Shown: positions 9,850 to 19,549 of the stretch, one piece after another
How positions within the stretch are numbered: the first letter of the stretch is position 1
Layout: each line of letters starts with the position of its first letter
Source: an uncultured Rhodobacteraceae bacterium
GTDB taxonomy: Bacteria; Pseudomonadota; Alphaproteobacteria; Rhodobacterales; Rhodobacteraceae
DNA: 64,000 nucleotides
Direction of reading: 5' to 3'
Assembly (NCBI GenBank): GCA_913041815.1
Contig: CAJWJE010000002.1
Coordinates: forward strand, 13,944-77,943
Program-made: the position numbers and the translations under genes
The notes under the pieces: generated by a model
What the model was told of the DNA's origin: nothing
The model's input: only the letters and a program-made list of their open reading frames with translations
The model's database searches: none

Positions 9850-11526
9850 CTATTCGTCAGATTTAAGCGCGGCGCCCAAGATATCGCCCAAAGACGCACC
9901 TGAGTCGGAAGACCCATACTGCTCAACCGCTTCTTTCTCTTCTGCAATCTCACGCGCTTTGATAGACAGGCCAAGACGACGTGTTTTCGCATCAATATTT
10001 GTAACGCGCACATCCACTTTATCACCGATACCAAAACGATCTGGACGCTGCTCTGCACGATCGCGTGACAGATCAGAACGACGAATAAACGACTTCATGC
10101 CTTCATATTCGACTTCAATGCCACCATCTTCGATCGCCGTAACTTCAACAGTGATGATCGAGCCGCGTTTCACGCCGCCAACCGCATCTGCGAATTTGTC
10201 ACCACCCAAGGCTTTGACAGACAGGCTGATGCGCTCTTTTTCGACATCCACTTCAGAGACCACGGCCTGAACCATGTCACCTTTGCGGTAATCGCCAATT
10301 ACATCTTCGCCGCGGCCTTCCCATGTCAGATCCGACAGGTGAACCATACCATCAATATCGCCTTCAAGCCCGATGAACAAACCAAATTCGGTGATGTTTT
10401 TGACTTCACCTTCCACTTGGCTGCCTTCAGGATGTTGCTCTGCAAAGACTTCCCATGGGTTGCGCTGTGTTTGCTTCAGGCCCAAGGATACGCGACGCTT
10501 CACGCCATCAATTTCCAGAACCATCACATCAACCTCTTGCGATGTTGATACGATTTTACCTGGATGCACATTTTTCTTCGTCCAAGACATCTCAGACACA
10601 TGCACCAAACCTTCAACGCCAGCTTCCAGCTCAACAAACGCACCGTAATCAGTGATATTTGTCACGCGGCCTTTGTGCTGTGACGCCAGTGGGTATTTCA
10701 CGCTGACGATGTCCCATGGATCATCCATCAACTGTTTCATGCCCAAGCTGATGCGATGGGTCTCTTTGTTGATTTTGACAACTTGGACTTTCACAGTCTC
10801 ACCAATTGTCAGGATTTCCGACGGGTGGTTGACCCGGCGCCAGGCCATGTCAGTGACGTGCAACAGACCGTCAACACCGCCCAGATCCACAAAGGCACCG
10901 TATTCTGTGATGTTTTTCACCACACCGTCCACACTGTCACCTTCGGCCAGTTTGCCGATCACTTCAGCGCGCTGTTCGGCACGTGATTCTTCCAAGATCG
11001 CGCGGCGCGATACAACTATGTTGCCACGGCGACGGTCCATTTTCAAAATCTGGAACGGCTGCTTCAAACCCATCAATGGGCCGGCATCACGCACGGGACG
11101 CACATCAACTTGACTGCCCGGCAAGAAGGCCACAGCGCCGCCAAGATCCACTGTAAAGCCACCCTTCACACGACCAAAGATCGCGCCATCTACGCGCACT
11201 TCGTCTGCATAGGCTTTTTCGAGACGATCCCAGGCCTCTTCACGGCGGGCCATTTCACGGCTGATGACAGCCTCGCCCTTTGCGTTTTCTGCAGCACGCA
11301 AGAAAACTTCGACCATATCCCCTACGGAGATGACGGGAGCTTCGCCGGGATCTGCAAATTCTTTGATATCTACGCGGCCTTCCATTTTGTAGCCGACGTC
11401 GATGATGGCCTGTCCCGCTTCGATTGCGATGACTTTGCCTTTAACCACTGTGCCCTCTTCGGGCGTGTCAATCTCGAAGCTTTCTTGCAAAAGGGCTTCG
11501 AATTCTTCCATTGTTACGCTTGCCAT
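9850..11526 (-). CDS. rpsA: 30S ribosomal protein S1
   Basis: 558 aa with six repeated S1 domains (G..V.G.V..I...GAFV.L..G.....). Typical N-terminus ME.F..LL.ES. Confidence 0.97.
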   Translation of the reverse strand: MASVTMEEFEALLQESFEIDTPEEGTVVKGKVIAIEAGQAIIDVGYKMEGRVDIKEFADPGEAPVISVGDMVEVFLRAAENAKGEAVISREMARREEAWDRLEKAYADEVRVDGAIFGRVKGGFTVDLGGAVAFLPGSQVDVRPVRDAGPLMGLKQPFQILKMDRRRGNIVVSRRAILEESRAEQRAEVIGKLAEGDSVDGVVKNITEYGAFVDLGGVDGLLHVTDMAWRRVNHPSEILTIGETVKVQVVKINKETHRISLGMKQLMDDPWDIVSVKYPLASQHKGRVTNITDYGAFVELEAGVEGLVHVSEMSWTKKNVHPGKIVSTSQEVDVMVLEIDGVKRRVSLGLKQTQRNPWEVFAEQHPEGSQVEGEVKNITEFGLFIGLEGDIDGMVHLSDLTWEGRGEDVIGDYRKGDMVQAVVSEVDVEKERISLSVKALGGDKFADAVGGVKRGSIITVEVTAIEDGGIEVEYEGMKSFIRRSDLSRDRAEQRPDRFGIGDKVDVRVTNIDAKTRRLGLSIKAREIAEEKEAVEQYGSSDSGASLGDILGAALKSDE

Positions 11527-11770
11527 GTGGCGTTAATTCCTTACGTTTATGTTTCTGGCCGTGCGGTTGTCTCCGCCGGTCTTGAGTTGCATTGGTCCAA
11601 CAAAGCACCGCGGATTGAGAACACCAAGAAGGGCCGGTGATAGCCGACCCTGCTACAATACCCATAATCCACGACTGTTGTCGCCGTTTGGACAGGGCCG
11701 CGTATAGGGGCAAATTTCCTATCTTGCAAGGGCCGATCACCGATGTCATGCTCGCCGAAAGGAGGCGCCT

Positions 11771-12097
11771 ATGCCACACGCCGATCTCAAATATTCCCCA
11801 GATCTTTCCTTCGATCCGCAGGCTATGTTCACAACCATTGAACACACCATTTTGGCCCATGATTCCGGCTCCGGCGATTGTAAATGTCGCAGCTATCCAG
11901 CGGAGGCTAGCAACCACACCCATCTGCTGATTGAGATTTCAATGCTGAGCAAACCGCATCGAGATGAGGCATTTACGCTCAGGATGCGCGACGCCATCGC
12001 AGCCGCAGTCAAATGTCACCTGAAACAAAGCTGCTATATATCGCTCGCCATCACATATTCAGACGCCATGTATCTCACAGACCGGCACGATATTTGA
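11771..12097 (+). CDS. 5-carboxymethyl-2-hydroxymuconate isomerase (CHMI)-like tautomerase-superfamily protein
   Basis: Starts MPH (Pro-1 after Met removal). Overall spacing resembles E. coli HpcD as I recall it (C.CRSYP ~ IRSRVHW; HLLIEISML ~ FVHMTLKIG). Strong RBS AAAGGAGG lies 6 nt upstream of the ATG. Confidence 0.55.
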   Translation: MPHADLKYSPDLSFDPQAMFTTIEHTILAHDSGSGDCKCRSYPAEASNHTHLLIEISMLSKPHRDEAFTLRMRDAIAAAVKCHLKQSCYISLAITYSDAMYLTDRHDI

Positions 12098-12186
12098 TCA
12101 AACTCCGAGCAGACCTGACCTACTGGAACAATGGCACAGCAATCTGACGAAACTGCGCCTGCAAGCCTGTCGCATGCGTGCAGAGA

Positions 12187-13209
12187 TCAATCGCGCGGAC
12201 AATTCGCGGGTGTGATGATTTGCACATCGGCCGGTCCCTGAGCTGAGACCGGTGGGCGCAGCTTGTGATAGGCTGTAATCTGCTGGAACGCTTGGTCGAG
12301 ATCTGCGCGGAGATCATGATGTAGCACGAATGCCAACCGGCCCCGCCGCAGCAAACTGCGGTTTTCGCGATCCAAGTCATGGGCGATGAAGAATTCCGGT
12401 TCGAGCTCTTCATTGGCCAGCGTAGACAAGATGGCCGCATTGGCCCCGCCCATCGAATAGACACCAAGCAGGTGATCCAATCCAGCCACTGCTTGGCGGA
12501 TTCGCTCTGCCGTTCCGAGCGCCAGCCCTGCCCCGCCACTGGCCTCACGCAGACTTACCTGCGGGCACAGCCGGGCCATTTCCTCCGCAAAGGCCCGCGC
12601 CCGTGCCTCTTCGCCTTGAAACTGCCGGCGCGATGTCGTGGTCAAAACTGAACCGCTGCGGCCTTGCAGCCGTTGCGCAAAGAGATATGCCGCTGTGCGT
12701 CCCGCATTTGCATTGTTCAACCCGACATAGGCCAACCGCGTGCAGTCAGGGCAATCGGTAAATACGGTCACCACCGGGATTTTAAGATCAAGCAGCCGAT
12801 CAATCTCAGCGCGAATTGGTGCCACATTCTGCGCCTTGAGCACAATGCCCTGACTGCCCCGCTTGGCAATCTTGGACAGAATCGCCACGGTTTTGGCCGG
12901 TCCGATATCTTCCGCAAAGTGGAACCTTGGCCGAATGACGGCAGGCGTAAATTGCGGCAAAACTTGGGTAGTGGCCCGGCGCAGCTCGTCGGAAAACCTC
13001 CGCGGCGCTTCGACCACGATATCTATGAACATCCGCCGCCCCCGCGCAGCCAATTGTCCCTCCTGCCGTGTCAACTCCACAATCGCCGCCTGCACACGCC
13101 GTGCAGTCTGGGCACTGACATGCGCGCGCCCATGCAACGCGCGATCGACCGTGGCCAAACTAAGGCCCGATTGCAAAGCAATCTCTTTAAGAGGAAAAGG
13201 ATGTTTCAT
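12187..13209 (-). CDS. LacI-family transcriptional regulator
   Basis: N-terminal HTH (LKEIALQSGLSLATVDRALHGR..VS..T...V) followed by a periplasmic-binding-protein-like sugar-binding fold. Confidence 0.9.
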   Translation of the reverse strand: MKHPFPLKEIALQSGLSLATVDRALHGRAHVSAQTARRVQAAIVELTRQEGQLAARGRRMFIDIVVEAPRRFSDELRRATTQVLPQFTPAVIRPRFHFAEDIGPAKTVAILSKIAKRGSQGIVLKAQNVAPIRAEIDRLLDLKIPVVTVFTDCPDCTRLAYVGLNNANAGRTAAYLFAQRLQGRSGSVLTTTSRRQFQGEEARARAFAEEMARLCPQVSLREASGGAGLALGTAERIRQAVAGLDHLLGVYSMGGANAAILSTLANEELEPEFFIAHDLDRENRSLLRRGRLAFVLHHDLRADLDQAFQQITAYHKLRPPVSAQGPADVQIITPANCPRD

Positions 13210-13291
13210 TGAGGTGTTTTTGGGGTATATTGAGGAGTTTCACAAGCCATTTCTGGCTAAGCTGCGAACAGCCACCAAACAGGAGCGCGAA

Positions 13292-14434
13292 ATGCAAGCC
13301 TATCTTTCCCCAGACGAGTGCAATCTCGAAGAGTTCATCCAGCAAGTGACCCGAAACCTCACCCCGCAAGAGGTGCCGCAGTCCCATGATATTCAAAACA
13401 ACATTCCGGTCTACGATGTGACACAGTTAGATCTCACCGGCGACACCCGCGCCCTAAAGGCCGAATGGGCGCATGTATTCCTTAAATCCGCTGGGGTGTT
13501 GCTGCTCAAAAATGCCTTTCCAGACACCAATTGCATTGATACAGCCAGCACTATTTATGAACGCATCATCGCAGATGAAAAAGCCGCTCACGGGGGGAAG
13601 GCCGATCACTTTGCGGCCTCTGGCGCCAATGACCGCATCTGGAATTCTGCACAAAAACTTTGCCACCATGACCCAAAGGTCTTTGCGCAGTATTTTGGAA
13701 ATTTAGCGATTGATGCGGCCTGCGAGGCTTGGCTTGGGCCAAATTACCAGATGACCGCGCAGGTTAATCTGGTGCGCCCCGGCGGCGCGGCGCAAAGCCC
13801 ACATCGCGATTATCACCTTGGGTTTCAACCGCGCGACGTCGCCGCACGCTATCCGGCTCATGTGCATGACCTCTCGCCTGTGTTGACGCTGCAAGGGGCG
13901 GTTGCGCATGTGGACATGCCGATTGAAAGCGGACCGACCAAGCTGCTGCCCTTCAGCCAAAGGTATCGCCACGGCTATCTGGCCTTTACCTTGCCAAAAT
14001 TTCGCGCCTTCTTTGAAGAAAACTTCGTCCAAGTGCCGCTGCAAAAGGGCGATATTTTGTTTTTCAATCCAGCCCTCTTCCACGCCGGTGGTGCCAATGT
14101 GAGCCAAGATATTCAGCGCATGGCCAATCTGCTGCAGGTTTCTTCCGCCTACGGGCGCTCTTTGGAAAATCTGGACCGCCAGAGCATGACCCATCACCTC
14201 TATGAGGTTCTGGCCAGCGGGGACCATGGCCTGTCAGAGCCGCAGGTCGATGCAGCAATTTCCACCTGTGCGGAGGGCTACTCTTTTCCGACCAATCTCG
14301 ACACAGATCCACCCATCGGCGGTCTAGCCCCAGAAACTCCCGCAGCATTGTGCCGCCGGGCCTTGGCCAATGAGATGCCCGTACAAGAGTTCAACGCCGC
14401 GCTAACAGCGCTCTACGCGCGCAAAAAAGCCTAA
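13292..14434 (+). CDS. Phytanoyl-CoA dioxygenase (PhyH)-family Fe(II)/2-oxoglutarate oxygenase
   Basis: Facial-triad-like H-R-D (SPHRDYH) plus a distal H (LFHAGGAN) and R (QRMANL). Start set at the ATG at 13292 after AGGAG. The upstream 143 codons of the ORF track overlap lacI antisense and were rejected. Confidence 0.8.
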   Translation: MQAYLSPDECNLEEFIQQVTRNLTPQEVPQSHDIQNNIPVYDVTQLDLTGDTRALKAEWAHVFLKSAGVLLLKNAFPDTNCIDTASTIYERIIADEKAAHGGKADHFAASGANDRIWNSAQKLCHHDPKVFAQYFGNLAIDAACEAWLGPNYQMTAQVNLVRPGGAAQSPHRDYHLGFQPRDVAARYPAHVHDLSPVLTLQGAVAHVDMPIESGPTKLLPFSQRYRHGYLAFTLPKFRAFFEENFVQVPLQKGDILFFNPALFHAGGANVSQDIQRMANLLQVSSAYGRSLENLDRQSMTHHLYEVLASGDHGLSEPQVDAAISTCAEGYSFPTNLDTDPPIGGLAPETPAALCRRALANEMPVQEFNAALTALYARKKA

Positions 14435-14446
14435 GCGCCTTTCGCC

Positions 14447-15445
14447 CTACGCATAGCGCTCAGGCCCGGACCATTGCGCCTCCGAATAGCGATCCCCATT
14501 GATCCAGCCCATGGGGAGCGCCGCTTCCACCGCCGCCAGCTCCTGGGCGCTCAGGCCATAATTTGTCCCCGCCACAAGGGCTTTGAAATGGTCTAGGTTG
14601 CGCGTGCCCGGAATGGGCAGGATATGGTCCCCTTTGGCCAAACACCAGGCAATCGCGAGGCCGGCCGCTGTCAAACCCATCTGTGCGGCGAGGGCGCGAA
14701 AACTTGCGGCCGCCTCGATATTCATGCTCAGGTTTGGCTCCATGAAACGGGGATTATGAGCCAAAAACGGCATGAATTGTGCCGCCTCGCGCCGATGCGG
14801 TGTATCGGTCAATAGGCTTCGGCCAACCGGGGAGAAGGCCACAAAGGTCGTGCCGAGATCGGCGCAGGTTTGCAAGACACCTAATTCCGGCGTGCGCGTA
14901 GAAAGGGAATATTCCGATTGAAGCGCCGCTACGGGATGTACCGCGTGGGCCGCTCTAAGAGAGGTTGGAGAAATTTCAGAATATCCAAAACCACCGATTT
15001 TGCCCGATTTTATGAAGCCCGCAAGAGTTTCCGTAACCTCTTCTATAGGGACAGAGGGATCGCGGCGGTGGACATAATACAGATCAATATACTCCAGCCC
15101 AAGCCGCTCGAGACTATTGTCCAATTGCTCTGTCAGATAGGCCGCTTCATTGTTGAACAAGCGGTTTGGATCTTGGCGGTCTGTTATGCCGCCCTTGCTG
15201 GCGATGTGAAAGAAGGATCGCGCCTGCGGATTTTCTGCCAGATAGGCACCGATGTGACGCTCTGAACCGCCCATGCCATAGACGCTGGCCGTATCAATAT
15301 GGCTCACGCCCAGGTCTCTCGCGGCATCCAAAATGGCAAACACCTCTTCGCGGCTCACCTCCCCGTAGAAATTAGAAAAGGACATCGCACCGATGCCCAG
15401 CCGTGACGTCCTTGCGCCACTATGGGGGAAACTACGATTTTTCAT
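14447..15445 (-). CDS. Aldo/keto reductase
   Basis: LG.G.MSFS..YG, HIDTA..YG and YY.HR.D motifs. Start set at the ATG at 15445, which overlaps the cmk stop by 14 nt. Confidence 0.88.
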   Translation of the reverse strand: MKNRSFPHSGARTSRLGIGAMSFSNFYGEVSREEVFAILDAARDLGVSHIDTASVYGMGGSERHIGAYLAENPQARSFFHIASKGGITDRQDPNRLFNNEAAYLTEQLDNSLERLGLEYIDLYYVHRRDPSVPIEEVTETLAGFIKSGKIGGFGYSEISPTSLRAAHAVHPVAALQSEYSLSTRTPELGVLQTCADLGTTFVAFSPVGRSLLTDTPHRREAAQFMPFLAHNPRFMEPNLSMNIEAAASFRALAAQMGLTAAGLAIAWCLAKGDHILPIPGTRNLDHFKALVAGTNYGLSAQELAAVEAALPMGWINGDRYSEAQWSGPERYA

Positions 15446-16103
15446 TGTGAAAATCCTTATCAATGGCCGCAATGGCCTGGGCAATCGCGGCACTTAAACT
15501 CAGCTCAGATGTATCAATCAGAACCGCGTCCTGTGCGGCTACCATCGGAGCTGTGGCACGGGAGCTGTCGCGGGCGTCACGCGCAATTACATCCTGTAAA
15601 ACCTGTTCAAACGTAGTTTCGGCACCGCTGGCCACAAGCTCCTTAAAGCGCCGGTCAGCCCGCACATCTGCATTGGCAGTGACAAAGAGTTTCACCTCGG
15701 CTTGCGGCACAATCACCGTGCCAATATCGCGTCCGTCCAACACTGCACCGCCCTCCCGGCGCGCAAAGCGGCGCTGAAACTCCAGCATTTCCGCCCGAAC
15801 CTCGGGCATCACTGCCACGTAGGCAGCTGCCTGTGACACCTCTGCACTGCGCAGCCCATCTGCTTGCAAATCATCCACCGTGAGATTTTCTGCCGCGCGC
15901 AAAGGATCGGAACCGCTCAATACCTGCGCCCCAACAGCCCGGTACAAAAGCCCCGTGTCTAGATGCGCCAAGCCATAATGGGCCGCAATTGCACGGCTGA
16001 TAGAGCCTTTTCCAGCGGCGGCCGGTCCATCAATGGCGATGGTGAAAGCCGGGCCGGAGCCCAATGGCTTGCGGTCATTTCTATTGGCCTGCTCTGCTTT
16101 CAT
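15432..16103 (-). CDS. cmk: Cytidylate kinase
   Basis: [14 protein letters not shown]-loop and LDTG.LYR motif. 4-nt overlap with the aroA stop. Confidence 0.93.
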   Translation of the reverse strand: MKAEQANRNDRKPLGSGPAFTIAIDGPAAAGKGSISRAIAAHYGLAHLDTGLLYRAVGAQVLSGSDPLRAAENLTVDDLQADGLRSAEVSQAAAYVAVMPEVRAEMLEFQRRFARREGGAVLDGRDIGTVIVPQAEVKLFVTANADVRADRRFKELVASGAETTFEQVLQDVIARDARDSSRATAPMVAAQDAVLIDTSELSLSAAIAQAIAAIDKDFHNEKS

Positions 16104-17449
16104 GAACAGGTCCGCACAACAGAAGCACCCAAAGCTGCCATCAGAGGCTCAAAAATTGGAAAAGATGTTGCCACCGGCCCGCCATCATCAATCGACATAC
16201 CTTCCCGGGCGCCCATCCCGAGGATCAAAAATGACATGGCGATGCGGTGATCGAGATGCGTTGCGGCCAAAGCGCCGCCTTTTACCTGGCCACCCTGCCC
16301 GTGCACATGCCACCAATCGGGACCATCCTGCACCGTGACCCCCGCCGCGCGCAGCCCCGCCGCCATGGCTTCTATCCGGTCACTTTCTTTAACACGCAGC
16401 TCTTTGACACCGTGCATCCGGGTCACACCCTGTGCAAAACTGGCCACCACGGAAAGGATTGGATATTCGTCAATCATAGAGGCCGCCCGCTCCGGCGGCA
16501 CCGCAATTCCCAGCATATTAGGGGAATATTTCGCGCGCAGATCGGCCACGGGCTCGCCGCCTTCCTCGCGCATATTTTCAAATGTCAAATCCGCACCCAT
16601 CTCTTGCAAGGTGTAGAACAGGCCGGCACGGGTCGGATTGAGGCCAATATTGGACACTAACACATCAGAGCCCTCCACAATCAACGCGGCACAGACCGGG
16701 AAGGCCGCCGACGAGGGATCACGCGGCACAATGATATCCTGAGGGCGCAATTCTGGCTGGCCTGTGAGGGTGATGACCCGGCCCGCGTCGGTCTGCTCCA
16801 CCGTCAATTCGGCGCCAAAGCCCACCAGCATCCGTTCGGTGTGGTCACGCGTAGCTTCTTTTTCGATGACAACTGTCTGACCCGGCGCGTTCAGACCCGC
16901 CAGAAGTACCGCGGATTTCACCTGTGCCGAGGGCATCGGCACCTCATAACGCACCGGCAAAGGCTGCGCAGCCCCGATAAGTGTGAGCGGTAAGCGACCC
17001 TCAGAGCGGCCATGGGACTGCGCACCAAAGAGCGCCAAAGGATCCGTCACCCGGCCCATTGGGCGCTTGTTCAAACTACCATCACCGGTAAACGTGGCCG
17101 CGATCGGAGAGGTGGCCATCGCCCCCATGATCAGCCGAACTCCGGTGCCGGAGTTGCCACAGTCAATCACCTGATCCGGCTCGGCAAATCCGCCAACCCC
17201 CACCCCATGCACCGACCAGGAGCCGCCACCGTGATTGATGACCTCAGCGCCGAAGGCCTGCATCGCCTTGCCAGTATCCAGCACATCATCGCCTTCCAGC
17301 AGCCCTTGGATGCGGGTCTCCCCAAGGCTAAGCGCCCCCAAGATCAATGAACGATGCGAGATAGATTTATCCCCCGGCACATCCGCTTGGCCCCGCAACG
17401 GGCCAGATTTATGCGATGTCATTGGAAGTGCTGCGCCATGGCCTGACAT
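16100..17449 (-). CDS. aroA: 3-phosphoshikimate 1-carboxyvinyltransferase (EPSP synthase)
   Basis: [10 protein letters not shown]...L..G and NSGT..RL. motifs. Start set at the ATG at 17449. Confidence 0.95.
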   Translation of the reverse strand: MSGHGAALPMTSHKSGPLRGQADVPGDKSISHRSLILGALSLGETRIQGLLEGDDVLDTGKAMQAFGAEVINHGGGSWSVHGVGVGGFAEPDQVIDCGNSGTGVRLIMGAMATSPIAATFTGDGSLNKRPMGRVTDPLALFGAQSHGRSEGRLPLTLIGAAQPLPVRYEVPMPSAQVKSAVLLAGLNAPGQTVVIEKEATRDHTERMLVGFGAELTVEQTDAGRVITLTGQPELRPQDIIVPRDPSSAAFPVCAALIVEGSDVLVSNIGLNPTRAGLFYTLQEMGADLTFENMREEGGEPVADLRAKYSPNMLGIAVPPERAASMIDEYPILSVVASFAQGVTRMHGVKELRVKESDRIEAMAAGLRAAGVTVQDGPDWWHVHGQGGQVKGGALAATHLDHRIAMSFLILGMGAREGMSIDDGGPVATSFPIFEPLMAALGASVVRTCS

Positions 17450-17522
17450 ATTCGTCCCCTCATAAGTTGACAAAGTGATAGCGTCCCAGCCACGCAAGGT
17501 CCACCGCTGAGCGCTGTTGTGG

Positions 17523-18209
17523 TTAGGATTTTTGGAAGGTTAAATAATGCGGACGGCGGCCTTCCCGCAGGGCTTTTTGCTCATATCGTGTTGAGATCCA
17601 ATCTCCCCAAGCCATGCGCCAATCTTCCGGTCCATCTGCCAGCCAGTCAAAGCCGGCCTTTGGAACTTCCTGCAAAGTTTGACGCACATAATCCTCAATA
17701 TCTGTTGCAACGCGAAACTCAGCACCCGCCATTAAGCAGCGACTGAGTGGCTCCAGATGCTCCTGCGTGACAAAGCGCCGGCGATGGTGGCGCAGTTTTG
17801 GCCAAGGATCGGGATAGAGCAAAAATGCCTTGCTGACGCTTTGCTCCGGTAAGACATCCATAAGATCGCGAGCGTCCCCCATGTGTAACTTGATATTCTC
17901 GACGCCCGCCTTGCGCATTTTTCCCAGCAACATCGCCACACCGTTGACATAGGGTTCCACCCCAAGAAATTGAACTTCAGGATTGGCCAAGGCTTGATGC
18001 ACCAAATGCTCGCCACCGCCAAACCCAATTTCCAACCACAGCGGCTTGCCCGACGCGACCTGCTGCATATCGAGCAGGCGCCGCTCGGGGTTGTCCTCGA
18101 GCGAGATGCCGCCGACGCTGAGCTTGGGCAAATCTTCTGTCAGGTAACGTTTTTGCGCGGCGTTGAGAGCCTTGCCTTTGATGCGCCCATAAAAATTTCG
18201 ATGTTCCAT
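17523..18209 (-). CDS. trmB: tRNA (guanine-N7)-methyltransferase
   Basis: LEIGFG.GEHL, FLGVE.Y..G and YPDPWPK.RH.KRR motifs. Confidence 0.9.
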   Translation of the reverse strand: MEHRNFYGRIKGKALNAAQKRYLTEDLPKLSVGGISLEDNPERRLLDMQQVASGKPLWLEIGFGGGEHLVHQALANPEVQFLGVEPYVNGVAMLLGKMRKAGVENIKLHMGDARDLMDVLPEQSVSKAFLLYPDPWPKLRHHRRRFVTQEHLEPLSRCLMAGAEFRVATDIEDYVRQTLQEVPKAGFDWLADGPEDWRMAWGDWISTRYEQKALREGRRPHYLTFQKS

Positions 18210-18288
18210 GGCCTGTCTCTCACAAAAAGGATGCGCCTGCGCGCAGCCAATTGGTCACTGATCTGGGCCCACTCACGCACCCCTGCGC

Positions 18289-19470
18289 CTACACGGCTTT
18301 TTTAAGCGCTTCAACCAAGTCAGTCTTTTCCCAACTAAAGCCGCCATCGGCCTCAGGCGCGCGGCCAAAGTGCCCATAGGCTGCGGTCCGTTGATAGATC
18401 GGCTTGTTCAAGCCCAAATGTTCGCGAATGCCGCGCGGCGTGAGATCCATAGACTGCGCCACTGCCCGTTCGATCGACTCTTCGGACAGTTCTGCGGTGC
18501 CATAGGTATCCACATAAATTGACAAGGGCTTAGAGACGCCAATGGCATAGGACAATTGCAGGCAACAACGCTCTGCCATACCCGCCGCCACGATATTTTT
18601 GGCCAAATAGCGCGCCGCATAGGCCGCCGAACGGTCCACTTTGGTGGGATCCTTGCCCGAAAACGCGCCGCCGCCATGTGGCGCGGCACCGCCATAGGTA
18701 TCGACAATAATCTTGCGCCCCGTCAAACCGGCATCGCCGTCCGGGCCACCAATCACAAAAGTACCAGTTGGATTGACCCACCATTCGGTTTTGCCTGTGA
18801 TCCAATCGGCAGGCACGACCTCGCAGATATAGGGCTCGACAATGCTGCGGATATAGGCACTGTCCTGATCTGCGGAACGGTGTTGCGTCGACAAGACAAT
18901 CGACATGATCTCAACAGGCTTGCCATTCTCATAGCGCAACGACAATTGCGACTTGGCATCCGGTCCAAGGTCCGGCGCGCTGCCGTCTTTGCGCGCCTGG
19001 GCCAACCGCCGTAAAATCGCATGAGAATATTGGATGGGCGCGGGCATAAGCTCAGGGGTCTCAGTGGTGGCATAGCCAAACATAATCCCTTGATCGCCCG
19101 CTCCCTCATCTTTATTTGCACCGGCATCCACCCCTTGGGCGATATGTGCTGATTGCTGATGCAAAAGATTGGTGACTTCAACGGTTTTCCAGTGAAACTT
19201 GTCTTGCTCATAGCCGATGTCTTTGATGCAATCCCGAGCGATTTGTTCAATTTTCCCCATATGGTGCGACAGTTTTTCTTTGTCACTCAAGCCAACTTCG
19301 CCGCCAATAACAATGCGGTTTGTCGTGGCGAATGTTTCGGCGGCCACCCGCGCCTCCGGTTCTTCGGTTAAAAAAGTATCAAGCACAGCGTCAGAAATTC
19401 GGTCGCATAGTTTATCCGGATGCCCTTCAGAAACAGACTCTGAAGTAAAAATATAATTTGATCTTGTCAT
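18289..19470 (-). CDS. metK: S-adenosylmethionine synthetase
   Basis: [29 protein letters not shown] and [15 protein letters not shown] motifs. Confidence 0.97.
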   Translation of the reverse strand: MTRSNYIFTSESVSEGHPDKLCDRISDAVLDTFLTEEPEARVAAETFATTNRIVIGGEVGLSDKEKLSHHMGKIEQIARDCIKDIGYEQDKFHWKTVEVTNLLHQQSAHIAQGVDAGANKDEGAGDQGIMFGYATTETPELMPAPIQYSHAILRRLAQARKDGSAPDLGPDAKSQLSLRYENGKPVEIMSIVLSTQHRSADQDSAYIRSIVEPYICEVVPADWITGKTEWWVNPTGTFVIGGPDGDAGLTGRKIIVDTYGGAAPHGGGAFSGKDPTKVDRSAAYAARYLAKNIVAAGMAERCCLQLSYAIGVSKPLSIYVDTYGTAELSEESIERAVAQSMDLTPRGIREHLGLNKPIYQRTAAYGHFGRAPEADGGFSWEKTDLVEALKKAV

Positions 19471-19473
19471 GGG

Positions 19474-19530
19474 GAGCGCTCCAATAAAATGTAAGCTGCG
19501 CCAGGAAGCCGTTGCAGCTAAGGCTTCCTA
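19474..19530 (-). promoter_or_regulatory. Candidate SAM/SAH-class riboswitch (H-type pseudoknot) in the metK leader
   Basis: Minus-strand RNA reads GGAAGCC-UUAGCUGCAAC-GGCUUCC-UGGC-GCAGCU...GGAG-N8-AUG. It has a perfect 7-bp stem. The loop hexamer AGCUGC is exactly complementary to GCAGCU, which lies 4 nt 3' of the stem. The genomic context (metK, Rhodobacterales-like) matches the known distribution of this class. Not aligned to a covariance model. Confidence 0.45.
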
Positions 19531-19549
19531 AAAGTCCCATCGCGAGGCG

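Noticed and set aside
12863-13291. A 143-codon N-terminal extension of the PhyH ORF, which would give a 523-aa protein.
   Set aside because: The extension runs antisense through the LacI gene and has shadow-ORF composition. A well-placed AGGAG plus ATG at 13292 begins the recognisable protein.
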